From Vermamoeba vermiformis (lineage: Eukaryota), in assembly GCA_045837725.1 (NCBI GenBank), contig JBEWZL010000253.1, positions 1 to 64,000 on the forward strand: DNA of 64,000 bases, read 5' to 3'. Shown here one piece after another: positions 37,790 through 51,706 of the stretch. The notes under the pieces are model-generated. The model saw only the letters and a list, made by a program, of their open reading frames with translations, did no database searches and was not told the origin of the DNA. Position 1 is the first letter of the stretch. Each line of letters begins with the position of its first letter. The position numbers were made by a program, and so were the translations under genes.

Positions 37790-40700
37790 ATGGGTCAAAA
37801 TATTACTGTACGACTAGATTATAATAAAAACACGAAACGGCAGCATCGCAAAGTTCCCACATTTACGGAGGTAAGCCAATTTAATTTCATGAAACAGATC
37901 CGAAAATTTAAATTATGTACCTTTAAACCTTTAATTTTAACTACAGGCAAAAAATTACGTATGAAGCATATATAACTATATTCTAGCATTATTTTAATTT
38001 TCTGTGCTGCAGGCTCAAATTTGTATGGCAGATGAGTCAATTATTCGACCAAACGGCTGCTTCTCTCCAGAGGTCATTATAGCCATTATACAATATGCTG
38101 ATTTAATTACGAGTATTCTTGCGTCCGAAACATGCAAGCTTTGGTACGAGTCAATTCAACAAGTCTTCAAAGTACGTTGCAGTCACATAACACGCAATCA
38201 ATAATTCATATTAATAACTTATTATATACAGAACGCGTATATATCACGATATAGCGCATCAGAGTCTCTTGAAGATGATTGGAAAGTTCATTTTTATCGT
38301 CGAACATTGGCGGAGCAAAACCTTGCCAAAGGACTGTAAGTCGATTTTTGCGAATGAATTAGTCAAAGCGTAAATTTCCATATTTGGTAATAACGCTCTT
38401 GAAGGTGGTGGGCCGAGTCGGTTTCAGCGGAAAATAGGGCAGATTCGACAATTTTCAGTTACGCGCCAAGCTTTGAAGGCAACAAAATGATATACAACGT
38501 GCATTCAATAGTACATGGGTCCGTATTACTCATATTTAAAAGAATTACAAGAGGTTTCTTGATTTGGTTAAATATTTCTAGAAATACAAAGTTCTGGATC
38601 CGTTAGGACTTTTTATTAATATTCGATTTTAATAGAGACTTCTCAGCTTCGAAGGTTTATTGGGCAGCATATGAAGTAGATCTCAATACAATGAAGACGA
38701 CAGCAATTCCCTACGGAACATTCTACGCGAATGGATTCAAGCTAAAGACGCGTGGTAGCGAGGACACAACCGCCTTTGATTGGAGCGAATTTATCGTTAT
38801 TGATGGAACTAACGAGCGAAAGATATGTAAGTATCGAACTTTCACGATCCGCCCAGCGGAGTGGATCCAGTCAAATTAAGCTAATATCGGATTTAGCAAG
38901 ACAAACGACGTACCATGATAGGTACGAGCTGCATGTAAATATGGACGACAGTCCTAGAGTCTTAACCACAAACGTCATTCGAGAGTAAGAAAGAGAACGG
39001 TGTAACAAACTTTTAATTTACCCGACACTTTCCTTTTACAGTTATTATCTGCTGAGAGACCTTCCAACGCGCTCCGTTGAAGTCGTCGATCTCAAAACCG
39101 GCGAGATTATAGCCCTGGTTGATATAGCCACAAAGTTCATTGCTGGCTTCTTGGTACACAAACTTGTTCGAAATTTCCAAAACGAGTAGTCATTCAATTA
39201 TTATATTAGGGAGACTACGTGATTGTTACACAGCCAGACGGACTTTTCTTGGTCAATATTTTCACAAAGGAACGAAAAACGTTAGATACGGAAAATTGTA
39301 CTGCCGAATTCTACTATTGCAAAGAATCCAAGTTAGTACGTGGCCAATATTAATTGTCTCCCGTGGAAAATCTAATACACTTATTGCTAGCTTGGTTACA
39401 GTACAGGAACAACGATAAAGTTTTGTCGTTGGCCTACGCTCGAACTGGTGTCGCAGATTGATGTATCAGTAGTTGCCCCTCAAGATGACACTAATGACTG
39501 CTATCGAATTAAGGTACTAACTAATTGGTAACAAAAAAATATCTCAGATCCGCTTTCATCGGACAAAACAGATCCGCTAAACCAGGACCGCTGAGGATCC
39601 TCGGCGACTATCATTAGTAAACAGCTATTGATATATTTTTCAGATTGCAACGTTTGCATTCGACAAGTCGAAGCTAGTTGTAGCACTTGAGACGAATGTG
39701 ACGTCAATCGCAGTATTTGACATGCGCACTGGTGCCGCGATTCAAGCGATCTACAATACTTCTGATGCACTGGATAGAATAAAGGGGACGATTCACTTGG
39801 CGCCGAACGGAAATATAGTCACTAGTTTCAAGTAAGTATGAACTACTGCAAATTGAACAACACCAAGGTCATTTCGTAAATAGCAATATCTAGTCATATG
39901 GCCGAAATTAAACATTCGAATTTTTCGTTCTGAATGTTGGAACTTGGTGGCGGTCGTAACGCATAGGCCATATCGCCTGGAAGTTTAGTCATATGACTTA
40001 AAATTTGAACCGTGACATTTTACAGTAATTTGGTCGTCTATGATTTCTTGTCGCCGAAAATGTACCAAGACATTCCCGTTATATTTGCAAAATCTTCTTC
40101 GCCGAATGAAGCAAGGAAATCGTACGTGCCTGCCACAGACCTGTCGAAATTTGCGGAGGAGAAACTCGATGTTCCGTTGGAAGCTATCGGTTGTCTTACT
40201 TTGTTTGGGTACGTCTACTTGATCACGTACAGTAATTACAGTAGCGATTAATCAGGATTTCAAGACGAAATTTCAACCCTGATTATCCGTCGATTAATGC
40301 ACATTCTAGGCAAGACGAGCAAGGCCAAGTGTATCGTATTACCGGTATTGGCAGTCACTACAAAGACCACCGCAGTACGTCTGATGCGTCTTCTTGGCCA
40401 CAACTATCGGAGTATTTGAGTCCTTGGGAAAGCCAGATTGATACTGGGACCGGCTTGCAGTTGATATTAACTGATTACTCGTACCCTGAGAGTGAATACA
40501 GCTGTTAGTAAGTATAAGTCATAGTAGACTTGGTGGTTGAGTTTTCGAAATCAGTATTTCCTTTTATGGCAATCTGACAGAATGTTTTACCATACTTCTC
40601 AAAAAATCCGTTTTCGATCATAGATTGACTTTAACTTTATTTAACGGAGTCGAATGGAATGTACGTCGCGAAGTTCTGCTAGTCTACGAACGATTCAACG

Positions 40701-40795
40701 AGAGCACTCAACAGTGGGAATTTGTCGAGCCATTAGCACCCGGCAAGATCGTTCAAAGAACTTCAAAAACGAAAAGAATATTTGCCTATGGTTAA
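37790..40795 (+). CDS. MGQ-initiated F-box / propeller protein, paralogue 3
   Basis: MGQNITVR...KVPTFTE; NGCFSPEVIIAIIQYADLITSILASETCKLWYES; all family motifs present; last splice junction uncertain. Confidence 0.7.
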
Positions 40796-41060
40796 AGCGT
40801 CTAAGTTCAAACTTTTGTTGCTTCTGGGATTTAAAGTCGGAGTTGATCTTCGAAAGATCGGATCCGACACGCTGGAGCTAAATTAGCGTCGGATCCGCAA
40901 GTTATGAAGTATAACTTATGACCGCGAGGCGTAAACTTAATAAAAATTAAGTTTTTGCAAACTGACTAACTAAACGCCTTCCCTGACCAGAATTTGTTCG
41001 AACAATTAATTTTATTTGCGCCAAGGTCAAATTCGTTGACACAAACGAACGAGTCACATC

Positions 41061-44026
41061 ATGGGACAAAGTCTTTCTACCAAAGATATTCATAATATCA
41101 ATGCAAATAAAGAGCGCAAAGTCCCCAATTTTACGGAGGTACGTCATTCTTTCTTTTTTCGGGATCCGATCTAGAAAAAACTAAATCCTAAAAATTTAAA
41201 TTCAATTTTAAATGATTACGAATAAGAAAATACGATTTAATCTCATTATTTGGTATTAATTTAATTTTATCTGTCGCAGGCTCAAATTTGTTTGACAGAT
41301 GAGTCAGTAATTCGACCAAACGGCTATTTTCCGCCTGAAATAATTGTATTTATTCTCAAATACGCTGATTTCATTACGTGTACTCGTGCATCTGAGACGT
41401 GCAAGCTTTGGTACGAGTCAATTCAGCAAGTCTTCAAAGTACGTTGCAGCCACCAAACATGCTATTGGTAATTCATATCAATAACTGATTCTATTATTAG
41501 AATATGTATATATCACGATATAGCTCATCAGAGTCTCTTGAAGATGACTGGAAAGTTCACTTTTATCGTCGAACATTGGCGGAGCAAAACCTTGCCAAAG
41601 GACTGTAAGTCAATTTGTTGCGATAATTAGTCAAAACGTAAATTTCCATATATAGTAATAACGCTGTTGAAGGTGGTGGGCCGAGTCGGTTTCAGCACAG
41701 CATTATCCCGGATACGATTTCTTCTCTTACGTAGCGAGTTTTGAAGGCAACAAAATGATCTACAACGTGCATCACCTTCACATAACGTACGTATTTTCGT
41801 GGAAATTACGTTTAAAATCCACCTGCAAAACCCTTGTATATATGGTGCATAAATGCTGTCCCATAGTTATCGAAATGTCTAATTACAATAATTATAGATC
41901 GTATTCAGACGAAAAGTTCTATTCCGCTGCATATGAACTCGATCTAGATACAATGAACATCACAAAAGTGCCCTACGGAACAATTTACGCGAATGGACAC
42001 AAGTTGAAAGCACTCGTGAAAGATAATACCGATTCATTAAATTGGCTGAAGTACGATATAATTGACAACTCTAGCACTACTACGATCAGTAAGTCATCGT
42101 TTGAATGATTCACGAAGAGTCGTGAAAAAATTGTTTGACACGTGTCAAACCAAAAGTGACACTTCGCTGCTTTTCTTCAAAATGAACCAAAACAGCATCA
42201 AGTTTGTCATATTACGCAGCTATAATAATATAATCGATAAGACTTACGTATAAGTGAATGAGATGTGTCGCTCCAAGTGACTTTTTGTATTCTTATGACG
42301 TGAATTTTTTTAGCTAGGAAGTTTATGCCCCCAATTAACGAACAATGGCGCCGTCAATCCTTAAATATGCACGTCAATGTGGATGGCAGTCCGAGAGTCT
42401 TGACGACAAATTTCTTACGAAAGTACGTGCACACAAAGTGTTAACTTACTCTAATGACGCTTTCCTTTTATAGTAACCACTACGACGAGCCCTATACGCA
42501 CTACATGGAAGTAGTCGATCTAAAAACAGGCGATATTATTGCTCAGCCATATATAACCGACTCCACTGATATCATCTTATTCATTGTACGGTGAAGCACA
42601 TTGCCTATTATGGAAACTCTGCTGATTGCAATTGCCTTATTAGGGAGATTTTGTAATCGCCGATCAGCTGGACGGAGTTTTCTTGGTGAATATTTTCACG
42701 AACGAACGAATTCCTTTGGGACAGGGAGTCCGTCCATTCCATTTTTGCAAAGAAACGAACTTGGTAAGTTCATCGATATTTTATTCGATTTTCCAAATTT
42801 GGAAAATAATGTAAATATCCTTTTTTAGTTCGGCTACTGCACAGGAACTCTGATAAAACTATGTCATTGGCCAACACTTGAAGTCGTGGCGCAGATTGAC
42901 GTCGCATCGGCATTGCCCGAAATTCAATTGATTCCTTCCGGAAATGAAGAACAGGCTAATAAGACTCCTATTCAAGTATGCACTTGTCAAATCAGGATTT
43001 GTTGATCTAACAATCAATCTCGTTTGCAGATCGTATCGTTGGCATTCGACAAGTCGAAGTTGGTAGCAGCACTGCTAACGAGTGCTTTATCATTAGCAGT
43101 ATTTGACATGCACACTGGCGCATTGATTCAAACGATCTACAATACTTCTGACAGCAAAAGTGGAAAAGGTCAGTTGGGGATCCACTTGGCGCCGAACGGA
43201 AAAATAGTTACTAGCTTCGAGTAAGTCGGAATAATATAATATAGGACTCTTAAACCAAGATAAACCAAAATTGCGGTTGCGCATAGGCCATATCGCTTGA
43301 AGTTTAGTCATATGACTTAAAATTTGAAGCATCAAGAGCACTTTTGCTGACAATCGATATTTTTTGCTAGTAATTTAGTCGTCTATGATTTCTTGTCACC
43401 GAAAATTCTACATGAAATTCCCGTCATATTTGCAGAATTGAAGTCAAACGAAGTGACAAAAACTTACGTGCCTGCCAAAGCCTTGGCCGCATTTGCCGTC
43501 AAAAAACTTGAAGCACCTTTGGAAACGATACAACATCTCACCTTCCAAGCGTAAGTACTCTTGTATAAGCACCTTAATTTTTCATGTTTGGAAATGTGGA
43601 AAGCTGCTAATTCCTTATTTTCAGGCAAGACAAGCAAGGCCGAAAGTATCGCATGACTGGCATTGGCAGTCACTACAAAGACAAGGACAGTTGGGATGTT
43701 TGGAGTAGCTTGGATTGGCCACAAATGCCAAAATATTTGTGTGATTGGAGTAGTGACTGCAAGACTCGCAATACGTTCCAATTGACCAACACCAAGTATA
43801 ACATGTACCCTGAAACTGGGCAAACCGGATTGTAAGGAGAATTTTCCTTTTATAGCAATTCTAATTCTAATTTTTTGCAAGTGAAATCTCGTGGGGGCGA
43901 CTTCGCAAAGTTTTGCTCGTCCACGAGCGCTTAAATGAGGTCACTGGTGAGTGGGAATTTGCAGAGCCGTTAGCGCATGATGAAGTCGTCAAATATTTTG
44001 AAGAAAGCGATGAAGAGGAGGACTAG
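41061..44026 (+). CDS. MGQ-initiated F-box / propeller protein, paralogue 4
   Basis: MGQSLSTK...KVPNFTE; NGYFPPEIIVFILKYADFITCTRASETCKLWYES; AFDKSK, LAPNGKIVTSF, YRMTGIGSH, EWEFAEP; ends EESDEEED*. Confidence 0.75.
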
Positions 44027-44319
44027 AAAAAACACAAAAGATACAAAACTCATTGTTACTGTTTAGTCAATAACAATGAGGCCAACAGAAGCATTAATAA
44101 AAGTGTCATTGACATTTAATAATTATGTGTTTGAACATTTTTCGGGCTTTCCATTCCGAACACGATTTGCGTTGAATGCAATTCTTGGCCATTTGACTGT
44201 TTTAAAAACGATTTTATTAAGAGGGGCTACGATAGAAAAATCGGTAAAATTTAAATTGACAGCTGCTCGAGACAAATCGCATTTATTTCAACATAGAGGC
44301 TTCTATTTGAATAAACATA

Positions 44320-47300
44320 TTATCCAACGGTACCGTCATTAATCTCGCTAGTAATTTCACCCTTGCTAGTTTTGAAAACGTGCTCTCCAGAAACAACTCG
44401 ACCGGTCGCGTTTGTCTTGAAGCCCTTAAGCACTCGTTCCAGGCGCTTGAAAGTCAATACTGGATCTGGAACACCATTGGCGGGCTCAAACCTATGGCAC
44501 GATTATATTTAGTAAGTTGCTTTTTGTAGCTTCATAAAGTATTTCGCGATCAGCACATCCAAAACGGATCTGAATCTCCGTTCGGCTGCTGTTTTAACGA
44601 GCTACGTTGCTTTAAATATGTAGTAGTAAGTACTTACACTAATTTTTCACCAGCGGGAGTGTCAGCAGGAATGTTCAACAAAACAACTTTGCTTGCATCT
44701 CCGTTAGCGGCAGTCAAGACCATGCCGTTGCTTTCAATGCCCATAATCTTCTTCTTTTCCAAATTGGAAACAACTAAACGAATAATATTAATATAAACTA
44801 TTTTTTTGACTTTCTCTAAACACGATTTTAGTTGCAGCGAATCCGTTAGGCGGATCCAAACTTTCCGGGTGATCGTTGTGTATAATATTACATAATATAA
44901 TATTACGTACCAAGAACATTAGAACCAATAAATTTGTCCAAAGGAATGTGAAGAGCCAAGCCTGAAACGACTTGACGAGGCTTTTCTTCACCAAGGTCGA
45001 TCTCGGCTACGTACAATCTGTAACATTAAACATCTTATTAATATCATGCTATTAACTTATTTAAATACCAATTCAAGTGAATTAATATATACTTACTTAT
45101 CAGATCGCTCAGCCTTCTTGGCAGACAAAACCTTGCCGACACGGAGATCGAGCGAGTGAATGGTGGCTTGAGTGGTGGGAGTGGCGTCTTGACGAGTCTC
45201 AGCCACAACTGGAGGGTAAGACTTGAGGAAGAGCTCCTATTATTCAGATTGAAGATCAGTACGTGCCTCGAAATTTGGACGCAGATCTGATGTTAGACAA
45301 TGGTCACGAGTGGTACTTACTTGGTTAGCATTAATAGCATTTCGCAAAGGAGTAATCAACTTGATCAATTCGCGAGCAACAGCAGGCTTCAAATCACCAG
45401 AAGCCAATTGTTCTATTTAAAAAAATTAGTTTCAGATCACGTGTCACATCCGCTCGATCCAACGATGAATGTTAAATGGAAGTATATTATAATTAAACAG
45501 AATTGATAACTTACTGTCAGCGAAGGCCTTCTCGACTTCTTCGTAAGTCTTGAAGTGCATGTTGCCACCCCACTTCTCGGGACGTTCGACCAAAAAGTCA
45601 CGGCCCTCAGCTTCAATGCGACGGAACAAGACGTACTTGAGCATAGCCAACATGCCGTTGCCTTCGACTTGACCGTCAACAGAGTAAGCTTGCTTCAATT
45701 TTTCTTGAATGGCCTTGTCAGAGTCGTCAAAGTCGATCTTGGACAAGGGCTCGCTAGAGGACATTTTGCCGCTCTTGCTCAAGCCAGGCACGAGAGGATT
45801 CATCAAGTGGAATCTATAATGATGATATTAGTAATCCATAGTTAAAACAGCTGTACAAGTACAAAAAGTTGATCTGGATGGAGATTTGGATCGAGCAAAA
45901 AAAAATCTATGAAGTTCTTAGTGGCCTAACGATCAATAAGTCTTTGATGTAGTCCGTGGATTCTTCAATCGTAATTATTAACGATATTATATTAATTCAA
46001 GTCTATTGAAAGGGTCGTGTACGATGTTTTGAGCGTACCAACCAATTCGCTAGACTTTTATTGTGGTATCAAAATGGTTACTCAAAATATGATAAAATTG
46101 CGTAATTGTGCGCCACGCATTAAAATTAGCGTTCAAACAGCCCTAAACTTGTATTTAACAAAAATAGATCGTGTGGCGCGATCGAGCAAATCAAAATAAC
46201 TGAAAGCAATGTAATGTCGCTCTAAACTCGCTTTGTAGAAGTATTATATTATTACTAAGAGCGTAGACATTACCTCTTCTTGTAGCCAACTCGAGGCAAA
46301 TGTTCCTTAGCGAACATGAAGATCTTTCGCTGATCGACACCACCGAACTGAATATCAACACCCAAGTGTTCTTCATCGAGTGCTTGGAGAATGGGGTAGA
46401 GCAATGAAGACATGAGAGGGCTAGCGACTTGCTTGACGACTTCAGCACCAGCCTAAGCATGCAACTGAATATTAGAAGGCCGATCCGACAATTTAACGGT
46501 ACCCAACTTCTGAGCCGATTTTAAAAGCATGTATACCGCGTTGAATGGATACGGTAATGATATGGCATCGATTATTAATTAATTTGGAATAATAAATGTT
46601 AAATCAAAAAAAAAGGCTGTGGATCCGCAACTTTCAAGCTGTTACACGTACCTTGTTGACGTGCTCAGTGGTGACAAGAGCGCTCATTTTGTAGACGTCG
46701 AGTGTGTATTTAGCAGAGAGTTGGTAGTCAGTACCTTGGACGAACTTCAACTTGTCCAAAGGAACGCCGATCACCTTCAACATTTCTGAACAAAAATGAC
46801 AATTAGAATGGCTAGTTAATGTATTAGATGACTATTTGCAATGATGCGTACCTTTAATAATGAATTGGTACCATTGGACACGAATGTTCAATTGATCCCA
46901 GTCGCTCTTCATGTTGTCGAGGAAAGCGTGCAAATCCGCGAACAAGATCGTCACCTCACAACCAGCTGTAAGAAAATTGTAAGTCTCTTTAGGAACAAAA
47001 ACATAGATATTGTAACTATAACGGAATAATTTATGAAAGAGATTATTTTAAGGTTCGATTTAAGCAATCGATCCGCCGATCTCAAAAAGACCCTCACTCT
47101 TCCGAGGAAGAATTAAATAATTCTGAATATGTCATTAACTTAATAACTTACCAGCCAAGAAGTCGGCAATTTTGTACATGGGAACAAAGTAGCCCAAGTG
47201 AGGCTTTCCTGTTGTTGCTGTTCCCCAGTAGATGCGGGGGTGTTCTTTCTCAGCCAAAATCTTCTTAAGAACTATCAAAGATGTCAATTAATGGGTCCTA

Positions 47301-47634
47301 TGAACATGGTGCAAAAAGAAAGCTAAATCTATGACACGAAATCTGTCCGATCGAGTTGCGGTTCAGAGTCGTTATAAAATTAAATTTGTGCCCGTGCGCG
47401 ACATAAATAGGTATTTCAATTCTATTAGGACATTATTTATAGCCTTCCGTAATTTTTGAAGGTTTTTACTGATTTTTTCAAAATGCATCCGTTATGAAAA
47501 TTGTGTATTTATCAACAAATAGCTCTAAAAGACTACAAACCTTCTTCTCCTTCCTTGCCATCAGGGGCAGTCTCTTGAAGATTGCGCAGAATCATCTGCA
47601 CTCTCTCATCAACGCTTTTTTGGTTGTTCTCCAT
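44320..47634 (-). CDS. YARS: Cytosolic tyrosyl-tRNA synthetase with C-terminal EMAP II/Arc1p-like tRNA-binding domain
   Basis: HLGY and KMSSS motifs; C-terminal [41 protein letters not shown]...[22 protein letters not shown] (OB-fold tRNA-binding domain); ends INDGTVG*. Confidence 0.93.
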
Positions 47635-47833
47635 CTTCTGTTATTATAGGTTTTTAATTATATTCCTCGATGGTGTCCAACGAAAATAACAATAGCGATA
47701 ATAAACGCTTCGCTTTTGTGTCTTTCGTTTAGCGAAAAATAACGGAAACAAACATTTGCACGCAGGCCTCCTTTTATCCTTTCAAATCCAAAATGAAATG
47801 ACAACACAATAGTTACAATAGAATAAGATAACA
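47635..47833. promoter_or_regulatory. Probable bidirectional promoter between TyrRS and BRF1
   Basis: Only ~200 bp separates the divergent ATGs at 47634(-) and 47834(+). Confidence 0.5.
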
Positions 47834-50800
47834 ATGTCTACTGCTGCAAAACAAAAACAACAAACGTGCCCTAACTGCAGAGGAACCAACTTCGAAAACT
47901 GGGACTCCGTGCTTACTTGTGTCGCATGCGGTACTGTAAGTTTATTTTTACAATTTATCCACGTCACATTATTACTAGAATATACGAAATTTGCTAACCA
48001 TCTAATTTTTGGGCAATTAAATTATTGTGTTCGAAGATCGCACAATCTGAATCTGTTTTTCAACGCCGCTTTTATTTTTCCCTCATAAAATCTTGATTAA
48101 TATGTAATATTTGTAGGTGATTGAGGATAGTACTATAGTATCTGAAGTCACTTTTGCGGATACTGAAGGCGGTGGATCAGCAGTGGTCGGTCAGTTCGTT
48201 CCTGAATCAGGTAATTATCATAATAATAATATTTTTGCGTTAAATTAAATTTATGTAAAATTGTAATAATACATTTGATATGCATTGATAAGTGAAAATT
48301 TTGGCGGTCGATCAGTTTATTTTTCTAAGGACCGTTTATGCTTTCTGCTGGTTATAATATTCCCATATTTAGGCAAAAAGAAGAATCTTCCGGGTTATCA
48401 AAAGCAATCCCGAGAAGTAACGTTGATGAACGGCAAAAGAAAAATTCAACAAATTGCTAGTGCTTTGAAATTGAAGGGCCACCACGTGGAATCAGCCGAT
48501 AGATTTTTTAAATTAGCTGTGCAGCATAATTTCGTGCAGGTACGTACACCGAACAAGATCTGCAATCACATAACAAACATTTTTTGTTGTGTTACCTTTG
48601 TGAACAAACTATTTTTCTAGTGGTCACATATACTCAACATCACTATCAAATGCATTATAATATATTTGCTAGTATTTTAAAAAATGCTAATTGTTATTAT
48701 TAGGGCCGCCGTACCCAAAATGTCGTGGCTGCATGTCTGTACATTGTTTGCAGAAGATTGAAAACACCTCGTATCCTTAATACCATATTAATATAATGAT
48801 ATAATCCATCGTACAGTTATTATATTCCTTAATTCTGAATTCCATAGACATGTTAATCGACTTCTCGGATCTGTTACAAGTACGTAAATTGTGTACAGTC
48901 CTATATAATCAAAAGATGACTAATTAGTTAATTTTAATATTAAGACCAACGTCTACGTCCTCGGCCATACTTATTTGAAGTTGTGCCGCGTGTTGAACAT
49001 TCAACCGCCCATCATAGATCCGTCCCTTTACATTCACGTATGTTATTCAAACCTGGTATTTTTAATTTAATATAACTCATATATCGTGTATAGAGATTTG
49101 CGGCGCAATTAGAATTTGGCGAACAAGAACAAGAAGTCGCTAACACAGCTTTGAGACTCGTGCAACGTATGAAGCGTGATTGGATCCAAACTGGTAGAAG
49201 ACCTGCAGGCATTTGCGGTGCTGGTACGATATAAAACGAACGTAGTTGAGACATATATATATTTAATACTATTGGTTATTAGGTCTGTTAATTGCTGCTC
49301 GTTTGCATGGCTTCCGAAGAACACAACGCGAGATCATTCAAGTCGTCAGAATTTGCGACGTAACGCTTAGAAAAAGGTAATATTATAGTTGATTGTATTA
49401 AAGCGGTTGTACTAATGATTTATTGAAGATTGTTCGAGTTTGGTGAAACGCCATCGTGCGATCTAACCCCAGCTGAATTTGAGACCATGGATCTTGATAC
49501 AGAATGCGATCCACCTGCTTTTGTAAGTACTCGTATAATAACATATGCACCTATTTATCATAACGTAATATTCTACTGGTAACGCAAGACCTTTTTGATC
49601 GCAGATCTAATTTGTTTTATTAGAAACGTGCTCGAGAAAAAGAGAAGGAGGAAGAAAGTATTAGACAAGGAAAGAAGCCTAAAAAAGGCAAAAAGAAAGG
49701 CAAGAAAGACGAGGACGAAGAAGACGAGGATGATGAAGAAGAAGAGAACATTAAAGAAGAGGATGAAGAAGACGAAGAAGAGGATGGCAAGAAAAAAGGA
49801 AGGAGGAAACGTAAAGCCAAGAAACAAAAACAAAGCTCTATTAAGAAGAAACGGAAAACAGTAAGTAATCTCTACAAAAAGAAAACCCATCGGCGGATGC
49901 GCTCAAAACAATTTCGGTTCTGATTACTGTTTTAGGGAAAAGATACTGCTAAAAATATTAAAGAAGAAGAGGAAAAGGATGAAGAGGAAGAAAAAGAGAA
50001 TAACGACTCTGCTGAAAAGAAATCAGATCCTGAAGAAGATCTGGACGAGAACATGGTTGAGTCGGAAATGAAGGCTGTATTGGACGAAGGCGAGTTTGAT
50101 GATATTGATCCAACTAAACGTAAGTACAATCCTATTTTGACCTGTTTCGAAAGAAATTTAAAAAAGTTACTGCGGCCAGATCGCGCTAAAATTGAATTTA
50201 TATTTTGCGTTAACTGACGCTCTAATTATATAGTCGCGGTTCCTATGATGCCTAGCATGAAGGTCAGCGAGGATAACGAACCAGCCGCTGAACAAGCTGC
50301 TCCACCTAAAGTCGAAGTTGCTTCAACTGTAAATAAGATTATCGAAGAGCAACAAGCAGAGCAGCAAGAAGAAGAGAAGGAGCGCGAAGACGATAATTTT
50401 TCGGATATTAATGACGATGAGCTGGATATGTACTTGGCATCCGAAGACGAGGTCAAAGTCAAAACCATTATTTGGAGTCAATTGAACAAGGACTTCTTGG
50501 AGGCCGAAGCTGGTACGTACTAATATATCATATTTATTATTATAGGGTCATTATTCAATCTCATTCATACTTTCGTACTGGATCTTCCTTTTTAGGAAAG
50601 TCGAGTTTTAATAATTTTTAAGACAATTCTAAGCATAATTTCTTACGACTGATTGGTTGTATATACTAATAATGGTGTTATATATAGAAAAAGAAAGAGA
50701 AAGGCAAGAAGCTATTGCCGCGGGTAAAGTTCCTCCAAGCGAAAAGAGGCGCAAGAAGAATGAAGAAAACAAGAACAAACAAAGGCAACAAAACGCTCAA

Positions 50801-51505
50801 GGTGTTGCTGGACAGCCTCTTACTACTGGTCAAGCCGTTGCTAGCGCTGTTTTACGAAAGGTAAGCATGATAAAATTATTTTAGAGATGCGGATTCGTTT
50901 TCAAGATCCGTCCTTAGAAGGACTAAGGATCGCTTAATATATTATTAGAACATTATATTAATTTGATTCATTTTTAAGGTCCCTGAAAAGAGCGCTAAGA
51001 TCAACTACTCGGCGATTGAAAAATTGTTCGATTCTACGAACGACATTACTAAGAACGACGAGGAAGAAGACGATGATTTAAATGGATCTACAGACACATT
51101 TAATGCTTCCAGGAATTATCCGTCGGAATTAACGCTCGATAGTTCTACTACTTCGTTGCCGCGATCTCAATTTGCTACGCCTGTTCTGACGCATGGTCCA
51201 TTCGCCAGACTTGGTCTTAATAATAGATCATCTGGAATTATGAACACTCCTATGAACAATAATAACAAGAGAGGTACGTAATAATTTAAAACATTTTTAC
51301 GGATGTCGCATCCAAACTTGAAATCTCGGAAATTAATCTACTAGGCTAATAATAATAAGAAAATCAACTTATCGAGTATTAATTTCAATGGTAATTTTTA
51401 GATTCGCTTGCTTCTTCTCAAGCCCTTGACGATACGGATGTGGACATCAGGAAACAACTTGGCTATGGCGATGATGAAGAATTTGATGACTATGATGATG
51501 ATTAA
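47834..51505 (+). CDS. BRF1: Transcription factor IIIB subunit BRF1
   Basis: Zn ribbon CPNC...[85 protein letters not shown]-terminal [11 protein letters not shown]...[17 protein letters not shown] and SAKINY. Confidence 0.95.
48771..48847 (+). other. U12-type (minor spliceosome) GT-AG intron in BRF1
   Basis: 5' site GTATCCTT; branch site TTCCTTAAT at 48825-48833, about 12 nt upstream of the AG; splicing restores KTPHMLIDFSD. Confidence 0.85.
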
Positions 51506-51706
51506 TTATCTTGCTTGTTATTCGACTCATTAAAACTGATTTCAAAGTACTACTAAGATACACACTTTTTTTTTTTTTTTGCAACAAAAAACTACTGATT
51601 ATCGTAGAAATTTGGCGGGTAAATCAAGACTTTGGCTCCACTTCAAGCGAATTTATTTTTACTGCAAAATTGCATTAGCTGATATACAAATCTACCTGAA
51701 CATTGT

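Noticed and set aside
49573-50129. ORFs with poly-Ser, poly-Phe or poly-Lys/Arg tracts
   Set aside because: They are antisense or off-frame shadows of the GAA/GAT-rich acidic and basic exons of BRF1.
51566-51580. T15 run between BRF1 and the aminotransferase
   Set aside because: A simple homopolymer in a convergent 3' region; no retroelement hallmarks or target-site duplication seen.
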